From Mytilus edulis (lineage: Eukaryota), in contig NC_092345.1 in the NCBI RefSeq assembly GCF_963676685.1, positions 15,562,001 through 15,626,000 on the forward strand: DNA of 64,000 nt, in the 5' to 3' direction. The position numbers and the translations under genes are program-made. Shown piece after piece: positions 1-12,918 of the stretch. Below the pieces are notes generated by a model. It was not told the DNA's origin. It ran no database searches and saw only the letters and a list, made by a program, of their open reading frames with translations. Positions within the stretch are counted from its first letter, which is position 1. Every line of letters starts with the position of its first letter.

Positions 1-713
1 TCATTAAATCCCTGAAAAGAGCAATCAGAGAGGTTAGAACGAGATCAGAGTTGTTCAGTCACTTGGAAACTGATACCATCAATTGGACCAAGAGGAACAC
101 AAAAGGGACTTTGACATGCTTTTAGTGGAATAGAAAAATACTATAACTCTTGAAAATCATGACAAGAATAATAGAAAACATAACAAGAAACGCAAATAAT
201 AATAAGTAAGGTATTGAATAACAGTCATTTTGTTTAAAGAAACAGTGTACTTTTTTTGCACTAAACACTCTGTTCAAATGAAAAATACAGGTCAGAAAAA
301 AACTTTAAAATACTGTTTCATGTTGAACGATCTTATTCCCTGAAGTTTTGGTCAACTGGTATCGTTTTTTTTTTATTCTATGAACATGGGTGTTTCGATC
401 AAACTAGCTATCGGACATTATTTTCGTTGTAAAACATAGGTGCAAGTTTGTCCATATTTTTAAGGTGGTAGGATTGCAAAAAAACTCAAGACAAACTATT
501 AAATTGTAAAAATCGTGTGGACCTTTTCACAACATAACAGTGATAACATAGGTGTTTTATTCCGGGTGAATAAGAAGATGCAGACATTAGTATTTATAAG
601 TCCATATGGTGTATTGCAACTTCGAATATTCGTCCATTTCCGACACATTATTCTATGCTGTTTTATGGTCATAGGTTTTATTATTTCTATAAACCTTGGT
701 TTGTTAATTTCAG

Positions 714-931
714 ATTATTTCGTGGAGCGTGCAATGGTTGTGGGTTGCACATTTCTCCAAATGAACTAGTAATGAGAGCTCAAGGATACGTTTATCATCT
801 ACAGTGCTTCGTTTGTATAGAATGTGGTCAGCCATTACAAAGGGGAGATTACTTTGTCATTCGAGATGGTCAGCTCTTCTGTCGCCTGGACTTTGAAAAG
901 GAATTCCATATGTATTCCATGAGTCCGAAAA
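714..931 (+). CDS. Lmx1: Lmx1 LIM-homeobox transcription factor, internal exon encoding LIM domain 2
   Basis: Acceptor tttcAG at 712-713, donor GTAAGT at 932. Encodes LFRGACNGCGLHISPNELVMRAQGYVYHLQCFVCIECGQPLQRGDYFVIRDGQLFCRLDFEKEF with LIM CxxC..HxxCxxCxxC..CxxD spacing. The LIM1 exons lie upstream of the window. Confidence 0.95.
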
Positions 932-1408
932 GTAAGTTATGAAAACAAAATTCTGGTGATTGGAGAGTTTTTATACAACCTTTTTTTTTTGTTTAAATAC
1001 TCAGTACATTAGAAGTGTATCATTTTATTAACTTATGTCTGGTTATCAATTCATTTCTAATCCGGCTTTATTGCCATTACACTATATATTTGAAGCACGC
1101 GACACAACATAACAAAATGAAAATAAACAATATCAACATGTGTATCATGATACTGGTTTAACGTTGCAGCTGAAATTTTAGTCCTCGCTGTCATGTGCAA
1201 AATCGATCCCGGTTTCAAATTCATGTCTTTAGATTAACTGCCCGTGTAAATCTTGAATTAGTGATCACAACTAAATTATAAATTCCATTTTTAATTTACA
1301 TATACATCAAATCTCCTTAATAATATTATGTTTTTCTGTGCTGTGGAAAGTGTTAATTTACAGGTCATTTGCATACTATAAAATGAGTTAAAACAGGTTA
1401 CATTTTAG

Positions 1409-1545
1409 GTGACGATAGCGATGATTATGATGACGGGGAAAGCGATGGAGGTAAACACCCCAAAAGACCACGAACAATTCTTACAACGAGTCAAAGAAGA
1501 AAGTTTAAATCAGCTTTTGAGATGAACCCCAAACCTTGTCGAAAA
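1409..1545 (+). CDS. Lmx1: Lmx1 exon: acidic linker and homeodomain N-terminal part
   Basis: ttttAG|GT GAC..., phase matches the previous exon. Encodes [46 protein letters not shown], donor GTAAG at 1546. [15 protein letters not shown] is typical of Lmx1. Confidence 0.95.
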
Positions 1546-2018
1546 GTAAGATTTGTTTACAAATTAACATCGATAGAACAAACGATTAAATTCATTGAAA
1601 AGACCAATATGTACTCCTGATCTTAAAGATATAAAAGACATATTGTCCACTCGGTAATGTCGGTGTATAATGCACATTTCATACGGAACACATATTTTCA
1701 TAATATGTTTGCCAAATCAGTTTTGATGGGTTAAAATAAATAATGATTACAGAAGTATGCTTTGTTTTCAATAGTCCGGTTTCATCATTGAGGGATCACA
1801 GACACGCTTCCCCTTTCCCTCTCGAAAGGATGTTTCGCTTCTTTATTTTAGTAAACTGAAAGTGTAAATTGATATATCTTACTTACTTAAATACTGATTA
1901 ATATTCCTACATATCGATTCATTTTAGGTACTAATGAATATTTGAATTTTTTTTCTATACATAAAGTTAGTAACACATATTTTTTTATTAGAGTCTCAGC
2001 AATTTTTTTCTATTTTAG

Positions 2019-2096
2019 GTTAGGGAACAGCTAGCGGCAGAGACCGGTTTAAGTGTGCGTGTCGTTCAAGTGTGGTTTCAAAATCAACGTGCTAAG
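2019..2096 (+). CDS. Lmx1: Lmx1 exon: homeodomain helices 2-3
   Basis: ttttAG acceptor, GTAAG donor. Encodes [26 protein letters not shown], nearly identical to vertebrate LMX1 ([26 protein letters not shown]). Confidence 0.97.
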
Positions 2097-2498
2097 GTAA
2101 GAACAGATCACATATTTACATAGCTAAGCAGTAGTCTGTAAATAAACAGATTTGGATAAAATATTACATGTTTAGCATTTGAACATCCACAAAGTTTTGA
2201 AATGGGTTTTTAAAGTTAAATTATAGGTAGAAGGATAGCAAATTTTAATAGGAAATAGCACTTACCAAAAAGAATACATTGTAACAACCGAATAGAGTAT
2301 CGATAGATTTGCTACATCTGGAGAGTGAAAAAAGCAGAAGAAAAAGACACCAATGGCGCAATCAAAAACCACCATAAAAGTTATAAAGTAAACAATGCCA
2401 AAAAAAGAAAACTACGATTATAAAAACAGCACTTCACATTTCATAAATTAATAAAAATAGAATCCAACCACTATGTTTTTTTTTTGAAGTAACAAGTA

Positions 2499-2652
2499 AC
2501 AGAAATGTACTTCTCAATTCTACTACATTGTATAAACAACAATAGAAGTCGAGCATTTGTTTACATCACAGAAATGTACTTCTCAATTCTACTATAAACA
2601 ACAATAGAGGTCGAGCATTTGTTAACATCATAGAAATGTACTTCTCAATTCT
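2499..2652. repeat. Short tandem triplication (~65-bp unit) in an Lmx1 intron
   Basis: agaaatgtacttctcaattcta occurs 3 times; aaacaacaatagaRgtcgagcatttgtt occurs twice. Confidence 0.8.
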
Positions 2653-3091
2653 ATGATAAGGGGATTGGTTTTGTACCTTCGGTCAACATGTCTACATCAT
2701 AGTATCTAATGTGTTAATGCCATACTAACAAGTTTAAGGTCGCGACAATAGCACCATTGTAATTAATACTTACAAAATACCATCTGCATCTATGATTGTG
2801 TAACTCTTTCACAGTGTTTACATGTAGACATTGCCATTCGAAAAATTAACACTGGACTGCGTTTTCCACGCAAGCGATATGTGTGTACGTGTCTTACCCC
2901 AGCATAAAGTGGGCAGATCAAAAGTTGAAACATTCCTATTATAGAACATAAAAAACTAAAATGGGCCCCAATATCTTTGAAGTTCACCCTTGCCTAGGGA
3001 GTTGCAACCTTAGTTTTAGATGCGATATTTTGTGAATGATAATATGGTTAATTTTGTATTTAGTTTATGAATGTATGTTCTACCTCAGATA

Positions 3092-3240
3092 TCGATTACC
3101 TTAGCTGTATTTGGCAAAACTTTTAGGAATTTTGGTCCTCAATGCTCTTTAACTTTGTACTTTATTTGGCCTTGAACATTAACTTTTTTATTCGAGCGCT
3201 TCTGGTGAGTCTTTTTGTAGACGAAACCCGCATCTGGCGC
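3092..3240 (+). mobile_element. Hammerhead-containing short repeat, degenerate copy
   Basis: Shares gattaccttagctgtatttggcaaaacttttaggaatt with 15590-15630. Ends in a mutated core CTGGTGA-gtc..gac-GAAA..ATC-tggcgc. Confidence 0.7.
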
Positions 3241-3711
3241 AGTTACAAAATGTCAATTCTATCTTAGCTTCCTTCTGGCAACCTATGATAAATTAATTGT
3301 TGTGTAATCTCTCTTTGGTGAGCAAGAGAGAAGGGTATAACCAAGATTGTGCATAGAACGTGGCATGTCGGATATTTATTTATTTCCCGTCAACTAGAAA
3401 CAGAAACCACAATGAATTTACATATTAATACATGACGTAACATTTCAGAGAAGACATATTTTAAACACAGACAGTTATCAACTTTGAGAAAATAAAATAT
3501 GTTTGAAATAAAGTTTAAGAAATATTTTGAAGAATTTTAAAAGTAAAACAAAACTGGGCAAGAACAGTACTTATTAAAGAAAATGACTGTGAAAATTGAG
3601 CAATGAATGTACTTTAAAAATTACGAACGATCTAAACCTTTTATTTGTGTAAATGTAAATACCATCTCTGTAAAGTGTAAATATAAAAACAAGGAGATAA
3701 CTACCTAGCAG

Positions 3712-3878
3712 ATATATAGATATAGGCAGATGTGGTATGAGTGCAAATGAGTCAACTCTCCATCCTAGTAACAATTTATAAAAATAAACCATTATAGGTC
3801 ATTATAGGTCAAGGTACTGCCTTCAACAGAGAGCCTTGGCTCACACCGAACAGCAAGCTATAAAGGGACCCAAAAATT
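3712..3878 (-). mobile_element. 3'-terminal tail fragment of the Penelope-like family
   Basis: Reverse complement matches 17985-18133 (ctttatagcttg..ttcggtgtgagccaaggctc..ttgaaggc..gagagttg..cataccacatct..cctatatctat). Confidence 0.85.
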
Positions 3879-3973
3879 ATGTATATTTAAAGGACATATG
3901 AATTCCTGTCCTCCAAAAGATTACTGTATTTCTAGTCCTTTCAAAACTGATTAAAATTCTCTTTACAATTCAG

Positions 3974-4094
3974 GTTAAAAAGATTGCACGAAGACAAAGC
4001 CAAGACGGCAGTAGTGGTAAAGGCAATAAGAATAAAAATGGCGATTCAAAGAAAGAAAAATCGGACGGTTATAAAAGCGATGATAGTGATCCAG
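3974..4094 (+). CDS. Lmx1: Lmx1 exon: homeodomain end and low-complexity linker
   Basis: ttcAG acceptor, GTAAAG donor. Encodes VKKIARRQSQDGSSGKGNKNKNGDSKKEKSDGYKSDDSDP (cf. LMX1 MKKLARR). Confidence 0.92.
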
Positions 4095-4506
4095 GTAAAG
4101 TATTCATGGGGAAATAATTTTTTATACCCAAAATTACTGTCTAAAATACAGCTATTGTACTGTGGGACAATCGAAATCTTAAAAAAACACGACAAGACCA
4201 TGGAAAAAAAATTGACGAAAAGACAAAACAATAATAAAATAAAAAAAAGAGCATCACGAACACCACTAAAAAATGGAAAGTTGCTACGTAGTAGATAGAC
4301 TCAAAACTCAGAATGGTACAAAACGTCATTTTAGTTCTTCATCTGTTCATGAAAAACAGAAGCCAACTACAACTTCGGACCTCATTTCAATGCTTAGATT
4401 ATGTAGACAAACAGGGGAAACTTGTTTATAAGCACTTAAACCTCCACAAAACTATGTTAAATTCCCATCACACTAGACCAAGCACTTGAACCCCCACAAA
4501 ACTATG

Positions 4507-4954
4507 TTAAATTCCCATCACACTAGACCAAGCACATTCCGCTACGATAGTAACACGTTCTAGTTACGATATTGTCACTCTTTTGCTACGTCTAATAAGA
4601 CATTAGAACGACTTACATAATCTTAGTACACTTCTACCAAGACCTTCTCGATCGCATTACTATCTCAATACTAGTCTACTACGATCGAACTACAACTCCA
4701 CTGCGTTGTCTCTGAAACCTTCTCCATTGGCTTTCCAATTGCATGTGACTTTTGCAATATGTTTCCAAAACGATGCTTCTACGCATCTAATACGACTAGT
4801 TTTACGAATATTTTAAGCATGTTCAAAGTTGGTCGTCGTGCCGGAAATCCATGACCACGACGACCTCGGTACGTCCTCACTGTGACCTTTCTAAGACTTC
4901 CAAAATGTTGCATGATGTAAAGCGGGATAGTGGTCCTAGTATGATTGGGGTATT
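4507..4954. mobile_element. MITE-like element (possibly PIF/Harbinger-derived) with a duplicated left end
   Basis: ttaaattcccatcacactagacc versus ggtcctagtatgattggggtatta form an imperfect inverted repeat. A ~52-bp tandem duplication lies at 4430-4534. Confidence 0.4.
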
Positions 4955-5119
4955 ATTGGCGATTACAGCCTTATAACAACTTAGTTAAAGAAGAAACTAA
5001 ATGTGTGACATTTTAATAGTATTTGTAAAAAATATTATTAATTTCATTCTTAAAATTATCAATATTATTATTAATAGTCCCCTTTAATCCTTAAAACTAT
5101 TTATTTTGATTTTTTTCAG

Positions 5120-5155
5120 ATAGTAATGGTCGACTATGTGACGTAGATTCCATAG
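5120..5155 (+). CDS. Lmx1: Lmx1 36-nt mini-exon (phase 1-1)
   Basis: Strong ttttttttcAG acceptor and AG|GTAAGA donor, open in frame: DSNGRLCDVDSI. Confidence 0.7.
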
Positions 5156-5887
5156 GTAAGAAACTCAAATTACAGGATAAAAGTTAACAAAAATATAGGG
5201 AACTGCATTTTTTTAACTACTGAAATATAAGTTTATAAGTGGAAACAGTACATCAAGATTGCAACACATGGGATAAATGTGCTTTAATTAAGAAATAAGC
5301 CAATTAATCACAAGTAGCGAACGAAAATTGATGACTATTTAGGTTTTAGCATGAAGTAATAAGGAGAATTAACTATTGTAAGAAATATAAGGCAATTCTT
5401 AAGTTTAGGTTTCTTAAATATAAGCAAAGGAAACATTTGGATTTGAAACAAGGAGATAGTAACCTACAAAAAAGTAGAATAACAAAAATATTAGAACTCA
5501 GAGGAAAATTCTAAACGGAAAGTCCCTAAGCAAATGGCAAAATAAAAGCTCAAACACATCAAACGAATGGATATCATCTCTCTTATTCCTGACTTAGTAC
5601 ATTGGTACAGGCATTATTTTTTTTTAAAGTAACACAAATACGGTCTCGAAATAACAGTCATTTGTCAACACTTTTTGATAAACTAAAAAATAATTTAATT
5701 TCTTGTACTTTATGTCATCATGCTCATATATTTTATAATTTGAAAGTAGCAATTTAAGAATATAAGACAAAAACAATAATATTATTTAGACTATTTTTAA
5801 CATTGTTCAGACATTAAAATGAGATCGCTCAACTATAACAATGCCACTTCTTTTTTCTTAAATCTCAAATGTTTCATTTCATTTCAG

Positions 5888-5962
5888 TATCAATGAGTTC
5901 AGACAAACATCACCATGGTAACGCAGAACAAATATCACCATTGCCTGCCAGCGAATATCAGG
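5888..5962 (+). CDS. Lmx1: Lmx1 75-nt exon (phase 1-1)
   Basis: tttcatttcatttcAG acceptor, G|GTAATT donor, open in frame: VSMSSDKHHHGNAEQISPLPASEYQ. Confidence 0.72.
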
Positions 5963-6114
5963 GTAATTATATTAGATTTAATTTTGTCATGATTAAAAAC
6001 TATGATAGTACACAAAAACTAATTTGTTGAATGATATTGAATCTTATTTCCTCTTAATTTGAATGAGATATATTTGCAACGTTATTGCTATGCATCAAAG
6101 AAATATGAAAAGAA

Positions 6115-6580
6115 CACTTAAAAAGTAAAATCCCAAAAATACTGAACTCAGAGGAAAATCTAATCGGAAAGTCCGTAATCACATGGCAAAATCAAATGGC
6201 AAAACACATAAAAAACGAATGGACAAGAACTGTCATATTCCTTGTAGAAAATGTAGAAAATGGTGGATTGAACCTGGTTTTTAAGCGCTAAACCTCTCAC
6301 TTTGATGACAGTCTCATCAAATTCCGTTATATTTACAATGATTCGTGAACTTAACAGACATAATAAATAAAACAGTCAAAATATGGGTACCGCAGTCATT
6401 ATCGTGTAACAATTTTAAAAGGAACAATTTAACAGAACACAAAATCATTTATCTACAAACACATTCATTGATTCGTTATAAATTGTATGCGTACGACGCG
6501 GTTTACTTGAATTACCATCATCAGAAATGCCAAAGAATGTATAGGTACCGAAGCACGTGAAGATCTATATGGCCAAAAAG
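6115..6580 (-). mobile_element. Retroelement 3' fragment (third family) with a twister-like relic lacking P4
   Basis: Homologous to 5470-5615. Minus strand reads actgtcat..GAGAGGT-ttagcgctt-aaaaaccaggtt-CAA-tccac..atgacagt. The P4 part cctg/aagt-cagg survives in the copy at ~5586-5612. Confidence 0.55.
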
Positions 6581-7166
6581 GACATGAAAATATAATATCC
6601 AATAGATATAGGAAGATGTGGCATGAGTGATAATCAGACCACTTTCCATCCAATTCCATCAAAAAAGTGAAGTCACAAAAATAGATCAACATTGCATGAG
6701 GGAGCTGGAACCTTAGTTTTTTGTCAAAAATTTATTATAAATTCATAAACGGAAAATTAAAAAGAGATTGTTATGGTATTACTCACGTAAGTGTCGAAGT
6801 ACTGACTACGAAGCTGGAGATAATCGGGGGGGGGGGGGGGGGGGGGGGGCTACTAGTATTAGACCATCAAAAAATAGTGTAACATGTTTATTAGGTATGC
6901 TAACAAATATATGATCGGGGGTATTTTTCAAACGGCACGGGTTGCTTTCATTCGATATGGGTTGCTTTCATTCGCAATGAAAACAAATCACAGTATGAAA
7001 TGGTTCATCCTTCAGTCGGTAGAAGATCAGAATTTGCATGAATTAAACACTTACTGTAAATATAACAGAATTAAACCAGATAGGTGAGATATATTTTGCT
7101 AAGCATGAAAGGAAAAACAATTCAATCTATTCTCTTGAATAAAACTACATTATTTTTTCATTTTAG

Positions 7167-7351
7167 AATCAAGATTTGACGAAATGGACGATTCGAGGAG
7201 TGTACGGCAAGCAATGGAGGACAATATCAATTGCATCGATCAAATGTTCATGACCGATTCCCATGGACATTCGGCTATGGATACCGGCAATGTCTTAAAT
7301 CCTATTGACAAACTGTATTCAATGCAAAACTCTTATTTTAGTGTGGAATGA
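7167..7351 (+). CDS. Lmx1: Lmx1 terminal coding exon
   Basis: ttttAG acceptor in phase 1. Encodes ESRFDEMDDS...GNVLNPIDKLYSMQNSYFSVE then TGA, matching the conserved Lmx1 C-terminal motif NPIDRLYSMQxSYF. Confidence 0.93.
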
Positions 7352-7562
7352 TATGGAACTGTGATAAGATATATTATTTGTATGTTTGGTAAAAGAAGAT
7401 ACATGTAGTTGACTTCCGAGTTAATTAATATTTTAAAAAAATATGATTCTATAGGTTATTATAGAACTGGGGGTATTTATTCAGCAATATATAATTATCT
7501 TGATATTAATGTGCAATTATGTGATATATTCTGTCTCAAAAGGATTGTACGTACTTTTAATG

Positions 7563-7925
7563 TTTGTACCCCAAAAAGTTAAAATTACGTCACGTCATTG
7601 GTTGAATTCCAATTGTTTAAGACTGTAAGCCAATTACAATGTTTTTGGTTTCCGCTTTTAGAAATATTATACATTGTGTGTATGTACTAGCCTAAAGATT
7701 TGTGCAACTATACTGATAACCTATATATACGAATAAGTCGAAATAATATCGTATCGAAAGAAAAGTAGTTCGGCATTGCAAGTAGTTGTCGTCAGTGTCC
7801 ATGTTTTTTCTTCTTAAAAATCAGGTAGTACTATTTAAATGTATAATTTTGTACCTAATTAGCGTACTAAACAAACGAAATTCAACCAATAACAACGTAA
7901 CGTAATTTTCATTTTGGTGTAAGAA
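7563..7925. mobile_element. MITE-like element with ~46-bp imperfect terminal inverted repeats in the probable Lmx1 3' UTR
   Basis: tttgtaccccaaaaagttaaaattacgtcacgtcattggttgaatt (7563-7608) versus aattcaaccaataacaacgtaacgtaattttcattttggtgtaagaa (7879-7925). Confidence 0.6.
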
Positions 7926-8997
7926 CGAATAGAAGTGCCACTTTCAATAGTTTTCTTTTCCAATGTTTCAAAACAGTAATTTTTCAGAAGATGTTTTTTT
8001 GTTCATTCTTGGTATTCCGCGTAGCTTTCTCACAAAATAAGCCAGACTAGTAAATTGATATAAAGAAATTAATTTATTATTCTGTACCATGTGCTAAAAT
8101 ATTTAAGTGTAGACTCCAGAGGTATTTTGACCATTCTTGAGATTTGTATGTACCCGTTTACATTAAATTTGAAGCATAAAACAATAACGTTTCTTTAATT
8201 GCTGTTTTGATAAAAAGACTATTTGTTTTGGGTTTATTAGAAGCTAAGCTTAAAAAACATTCTAGCATGCAAGTTTGTATTTCATCATCTCAGATCATTT
8301 TAATCATAAAAGTATTTACGTAAAATGCTTTCAAACATCTGGCTATGATGAAGATAGATTCAGATGTCATCTTCGGACGTAGCGAAAATTGTTTGTCTAT
8401 CTTAAAAATGAAATAAGAAATACATTACTGCGTTTTCTTTTTATGATTTTGAACATTGCCCTTCCTTTTTAATAGATGTTTTCGCCGCTGTTACTGCCAC
8501 CGTTTCCGCCAATGTGTCTGTTTCTATACTACATTGAATTTATTTGAGAATGAACAAATCAATTTTCATGAACATTTTCTCATTCCTGAAAGTTTGTTTT
8601 CTACGCATTTTCATTTTGTTTAATATTGTACATTCCAATAATAATTATGTTCTCCAACACAGACAAAAAACCGTAACCCCTTCCCTCTTTTGAATTAAAA
8701 TGATTGCTGCCTGAACAATTTTTAAATATTTCATACTTTAAGGGAACAAGGATCTAGAAGGGTATACATGAGACAAAAATTCACAAGATATGTTCAGACG
8801 CTTCAGTGAGCTAACGGATCAATCATGTCATATATATCCAATATTTGCTTTTCAAAAACAACTTTTGTTTAGTATTTGACATTGAATTAAACCAATGACT
8901 TAATTTTGTATGGTTTGTTTTATTGTGTTGAAAAATAAAAATTATATTGTGCTTTATTTATTTTATATTGTTATACAAATGTTGTCACGAAAATTTG

Positions 8998-9003
8998 AAT
9001 AAA
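8998..9003 (+). promoter_or_regulatory. Candidate Lmx1 polyadenylation signal (implies ~1.65-kb 3' UTR)
   Basis: AATAAA followed ~15 nt later by a U/GU-rich tract (ctgctttttgtgtt). A second AATAAA lies at 8934-8939. AATAAA is common in this AT-rich DNA. Confidence 0.35.
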
Positions 9004-11191
9004 GAATTGATATTTTAGTCTGCTTTTTGTGTTATTCCAAAGACCTTCATGATATCTTAAATGCATGAGTGCTATTTAGCAAAGACGTTATCGAAGAGTC
9101 ATCACACATATTAAAAAATAATATGGTGATGAAAGATGCTCAGTTTAGATTGTCATTTTAAAATATTCATTATTATTTGGAGAAAGCACCTTTTATATCG
9201 TAATGAAAGTTTTAAAATATTACATGATCCTGTACGCGCTTGCGTGAAATGAAAGCATAAAGCATGAAACACTATATTTGTCTAATTAATCTTTTTAAAA
9301 AAAATCCATTCACATGCACAGTCGCTGAATAAGGAGTATCATTACATTAATCAAGGGTGCCGAAGGATAATATATTTAAACAAAATATAAAAAAAAGTCA
9401 TGCAACAACACACGACAAAGACAATTCAGCCAGTAAAAACACAAATACAAATAAAAAAGTGATATTGAGTGTATATCGACAAACAGGCAGAAACGTTTAT
9501 ACAAGATACGTAGTCAATAAAGACTACACGGTACTGGATTTTCTCATTGTTAAAGGACGTACAGTTGCCTATAAATGCATTCACTTCATTTAAAGTTTGT
9601 TCGGTAGTTGTTTCATTGTCAATCTAAACACATCTCCTTATTTTCATAATAAAACCGAAAAAAAACATTGAAAGACCAACATGCTGTCAATTGACAAAAC
9701 ATACAGACAACCATTAACGGTTAGTTTATTCATAAATATATATATGGATATAAAAGAACAGACTTCCAATGTCTCCTGCGTTGCACATTTTTTATCTGTT
9801 TAAAGGATAATAAATAAATAAACCTATTTAGTTTGTTCTTTTAAATTCTTATAAATATCTCAAGAGAACGGAAGACAGGAGAGCAGATGCAATGCAATTT
9901 TCAATATGATTAAAATTTCAAAGGGACATAACTCTCAAAGCGAGAAAATGAGCGGACTGATTTATGAGCCAAAAAACTGACCACAACCATTGAATTACAT
10001 GCTTTTGACTTGGTTAAGAATAAACATAATTGTGGTAAAGCTCACAAAAGAATCGAACCAAAGGTATTACTATTCCTATTCAATTAAAAGAAAGACATTA
10101 TCATAATACACTTCTTGACTTTAGACAGGCACGTTGACATGTGTTAAACCTTTTCTTTTTGGTATTCAAGTGAACCCTCTCCCCTTTATGTCTGCTTATA
10201 TCAACACGAACTAAATAGTTATACAGTCTTAACTTGTAGATTACTTGTAAACTAGTTACGGAAAAGTTTATTTAATACATGAGGGTAACATATTGACCTA
10301 TCTTTGTCGCTTTACTTATGGGTTTTGTTTATGAAATTAATTGCTGAATACTTGTCAGAGCCATTATGCGTTTACACCTCAGTTGTCGAATGCGACATGA
10401 GATGGTGAACTATTTTGATCGATAAAAGTCCATACCAACACGCGAATTTTAAATAATGCATATCTTATTCGTCCGAATTGCCTTACGTCCTGTAAGCCTC
10501 TGGCAGAGATAAATGACTCTTCTGATCTATTTCAATACAAAACTTTAGCGGAGGATTTGTAATGTTTGTACAACGACACGTCGTTGTTTTCACGCGGATG
10601 AATCTCCTATTCAGTTATAACACCTCTGACGGAAGGGGTGAATGTTAAGTTGAAATAGGTTGTCAGAAACGGAACTATTCATTTATTCTCTCATTCATAA
10701 ATGTAAAATGGTTTAAGAATACCCATGATAAATTAACTTTCCCTCAATTTTTCTGAATCACACGTCGAGAGGGTTATTTAAGTGGATTAAGTAGATTATC
10801 TAGTGTTAAGGTGAAAAGAAAGATTTTAAGTTTCTAAATTTGAACAATGTATCTAAATTTTAAGACAGATTCAGTCACAATATTTCTATATAAGTGTAAT
10901 CATGATCATTTCATTTATTGACATGTTTGATTTATCTTTCAGTTATTCACTTGATGTAGTATACAATTTTTTATTTCAATAAGTATTGTTTTTCATTTTT
11001 TGTCATTACTTCATATCCGCTATAATTTGGTATGTGTCTCTTCTAAGACAAGCCAGTAGTATTGCCACACTTATGTTCACTTGATATACTGTTGAAAATT
11101 TTCAACAAAATAAGAGTTATGTGCTTTAATGTAGACATGCTATGTTCAATGTGGTATAGTTATCAAAGGTACCAAGATTATAATTTAATAA

Positions 11192-11238
11192 TACGCCAGA
11201 CGCGCGTTTCGTCTACATAAGACTTATCAGTGACGCTC
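11192..11238 (-). ncRNA. Minimal type-I hammerhead ribozyme copy (G8>A, probably inactive)
   Basis: Minus strand: gcgtca-CTGATAA-gtc-ttatgta-gac-GAAA-c-gcgc-g-TC-tggcgt. Confidence 0.75.
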
Positions 11239-12720
11239 AGATCAAAATAATTATAGAGCCAAAAAGGTAAAAAGTTGAAGAGCATAAAGGACCCAAAATT
11301 CCAAAAAGTTGTGCCAAAAAAATCAACATAGGCTATTGTTGCTTGTTTTTGAATGCTGTTTGTCACAATGTGAAATAATATTCAAAATAAAATAAATTAC
11401 ACTCAAATATATAGCGGTCCCGAAACAATCTTTTAAATTAATTCAGCATCTAGTACGGTTTTTATGTCTTTTTTTCATGATGTGCTTATGCCACTTCTCT
11501 GCATAAAGTGTAATGAAAAATATCAAAGCTTCATGCATAAAAACAGTAGTCGAAGAAAAGTAGAAACCAATACTGAAACCGAGCGTGAACTTTTTTATAC
11601 ATTTTGTAATTATTATCTATTACATTACATTCAATCAATCTACGTGTATCATCATTCGGGCGTCCGTAAAACTTTTAACACTGATTAAAATGAAAATGAA
11701 AGTAGATATTATTGAACATAATATAAGTATTTGTAATAGAGAGTCGAAGGTAATTTGAATCACTTCAAATGAAAATCAATAAGCCAAAAATAATATTAAA
11801 GTCATAAATTATATCATTACGATAAAGTATACACTACAAGGTGACCAGGCGTGCTCCTTCGCCGTAAATTCCCGTTTCCTGGTAAAGGTATAGGGTCATC
11901 TATCTAAATAATACTTATTCAAACATAAGAAAAATCTATCTTAACCTACAGACTTTAAAACTTCAAAGACTCTTCCTTATTATTGCTATTAAGAGGACGG
12001 GATCATTACAAAAGGGCTCATATATTTCACGTTTATCTGTGCCTCAAGTTAACACCTTATGTAAAAAGACATTATAAGGAACAGATGAAATTTTATATAT
12101 CAAGATTTTATAAACATCAAAGAGAATGTTTTATTTGTTTTCTCCTCTTTAATTTTGTTTATGAATCCATAATTTTGATTACAGCTTCTATACAAAAGTG
12201 GTGTTTTGGAAAGTTTATGAATTTCGCGTTGGTTGTCTGTTTAACTTGTACGGTAGTTTTCTTAAAATTTCAAGATTTGTTGCATTTATTAGTTCTCAGT
12301 ATAAGTGCTATACAAACACAGAGAATGCGTGTTAAATGCAAGAAACATCAGATCAAAAGTTAAGCTTTAAATAATTTATGACACTGAGTTCAGGTCAGGA
12401 AAATATTTGCACTTTTCTGATTTTGTTTTTCTTTTTGCACTTTTCTGATTTTGTTTTTGTTTTTGCAATTTTCAATAATAAAAAAATCGTAACATTTACT
12501 CTAAAAGAATTGTTTAAGTAAGAATAGTTATTCAAAATTTTGATATTGTATTGATAACGAATTAACATTTAAAATTTTCTATATTTGAACAGATATAATT
12601 TTCTGAGATAATTTTGCACACACATGTCTCTTTTTTATATATATATAATTGAATACAAGACAGTACATTCAGTAAATGCATCACATCCTTTTCAAAAGTA
12701 GGTGAAGTTGGAGGACATTT

Positions 12721-12918
12721 GAGATCTTGGAGCGGGCCCTGGTTACTTCAAGACATATTGTTTTCATTAATTAGCTTGAGCATGTAATAATCATGCCGGG
12801 AACCTCCCATTTCAAAATATCTTGGAGCAGATCCTGGTTCCCTCAAGACATTTAGTTTTCATTAATTAGCTTGTGCACGTAGTAATTCCATCATGCCGGG
12901 AACCTCCCATTTCAAAAC
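12721..12918. repeat. Tandem duplication (~90-bp unit)
   Basis: atcttggagc..caagacat..gttttcattaattagcttg..tcatgccgggaacctcccatttcaaaa occurs twice. Confidence 0.8.

Noticed and set aside
3984-4298. 104-aa ORF, and likewise 515-769
   Set aside because: They overlap Lmx1 exons in the wrong frame and extend into introns.
6826-6849. Long G/C homopolymers (also ~33576, ~36291, ~57455) as functional G-quadruplex elements
   Set aside because: They lie within decayed repeats and may be slippage or sequencing artefacts.
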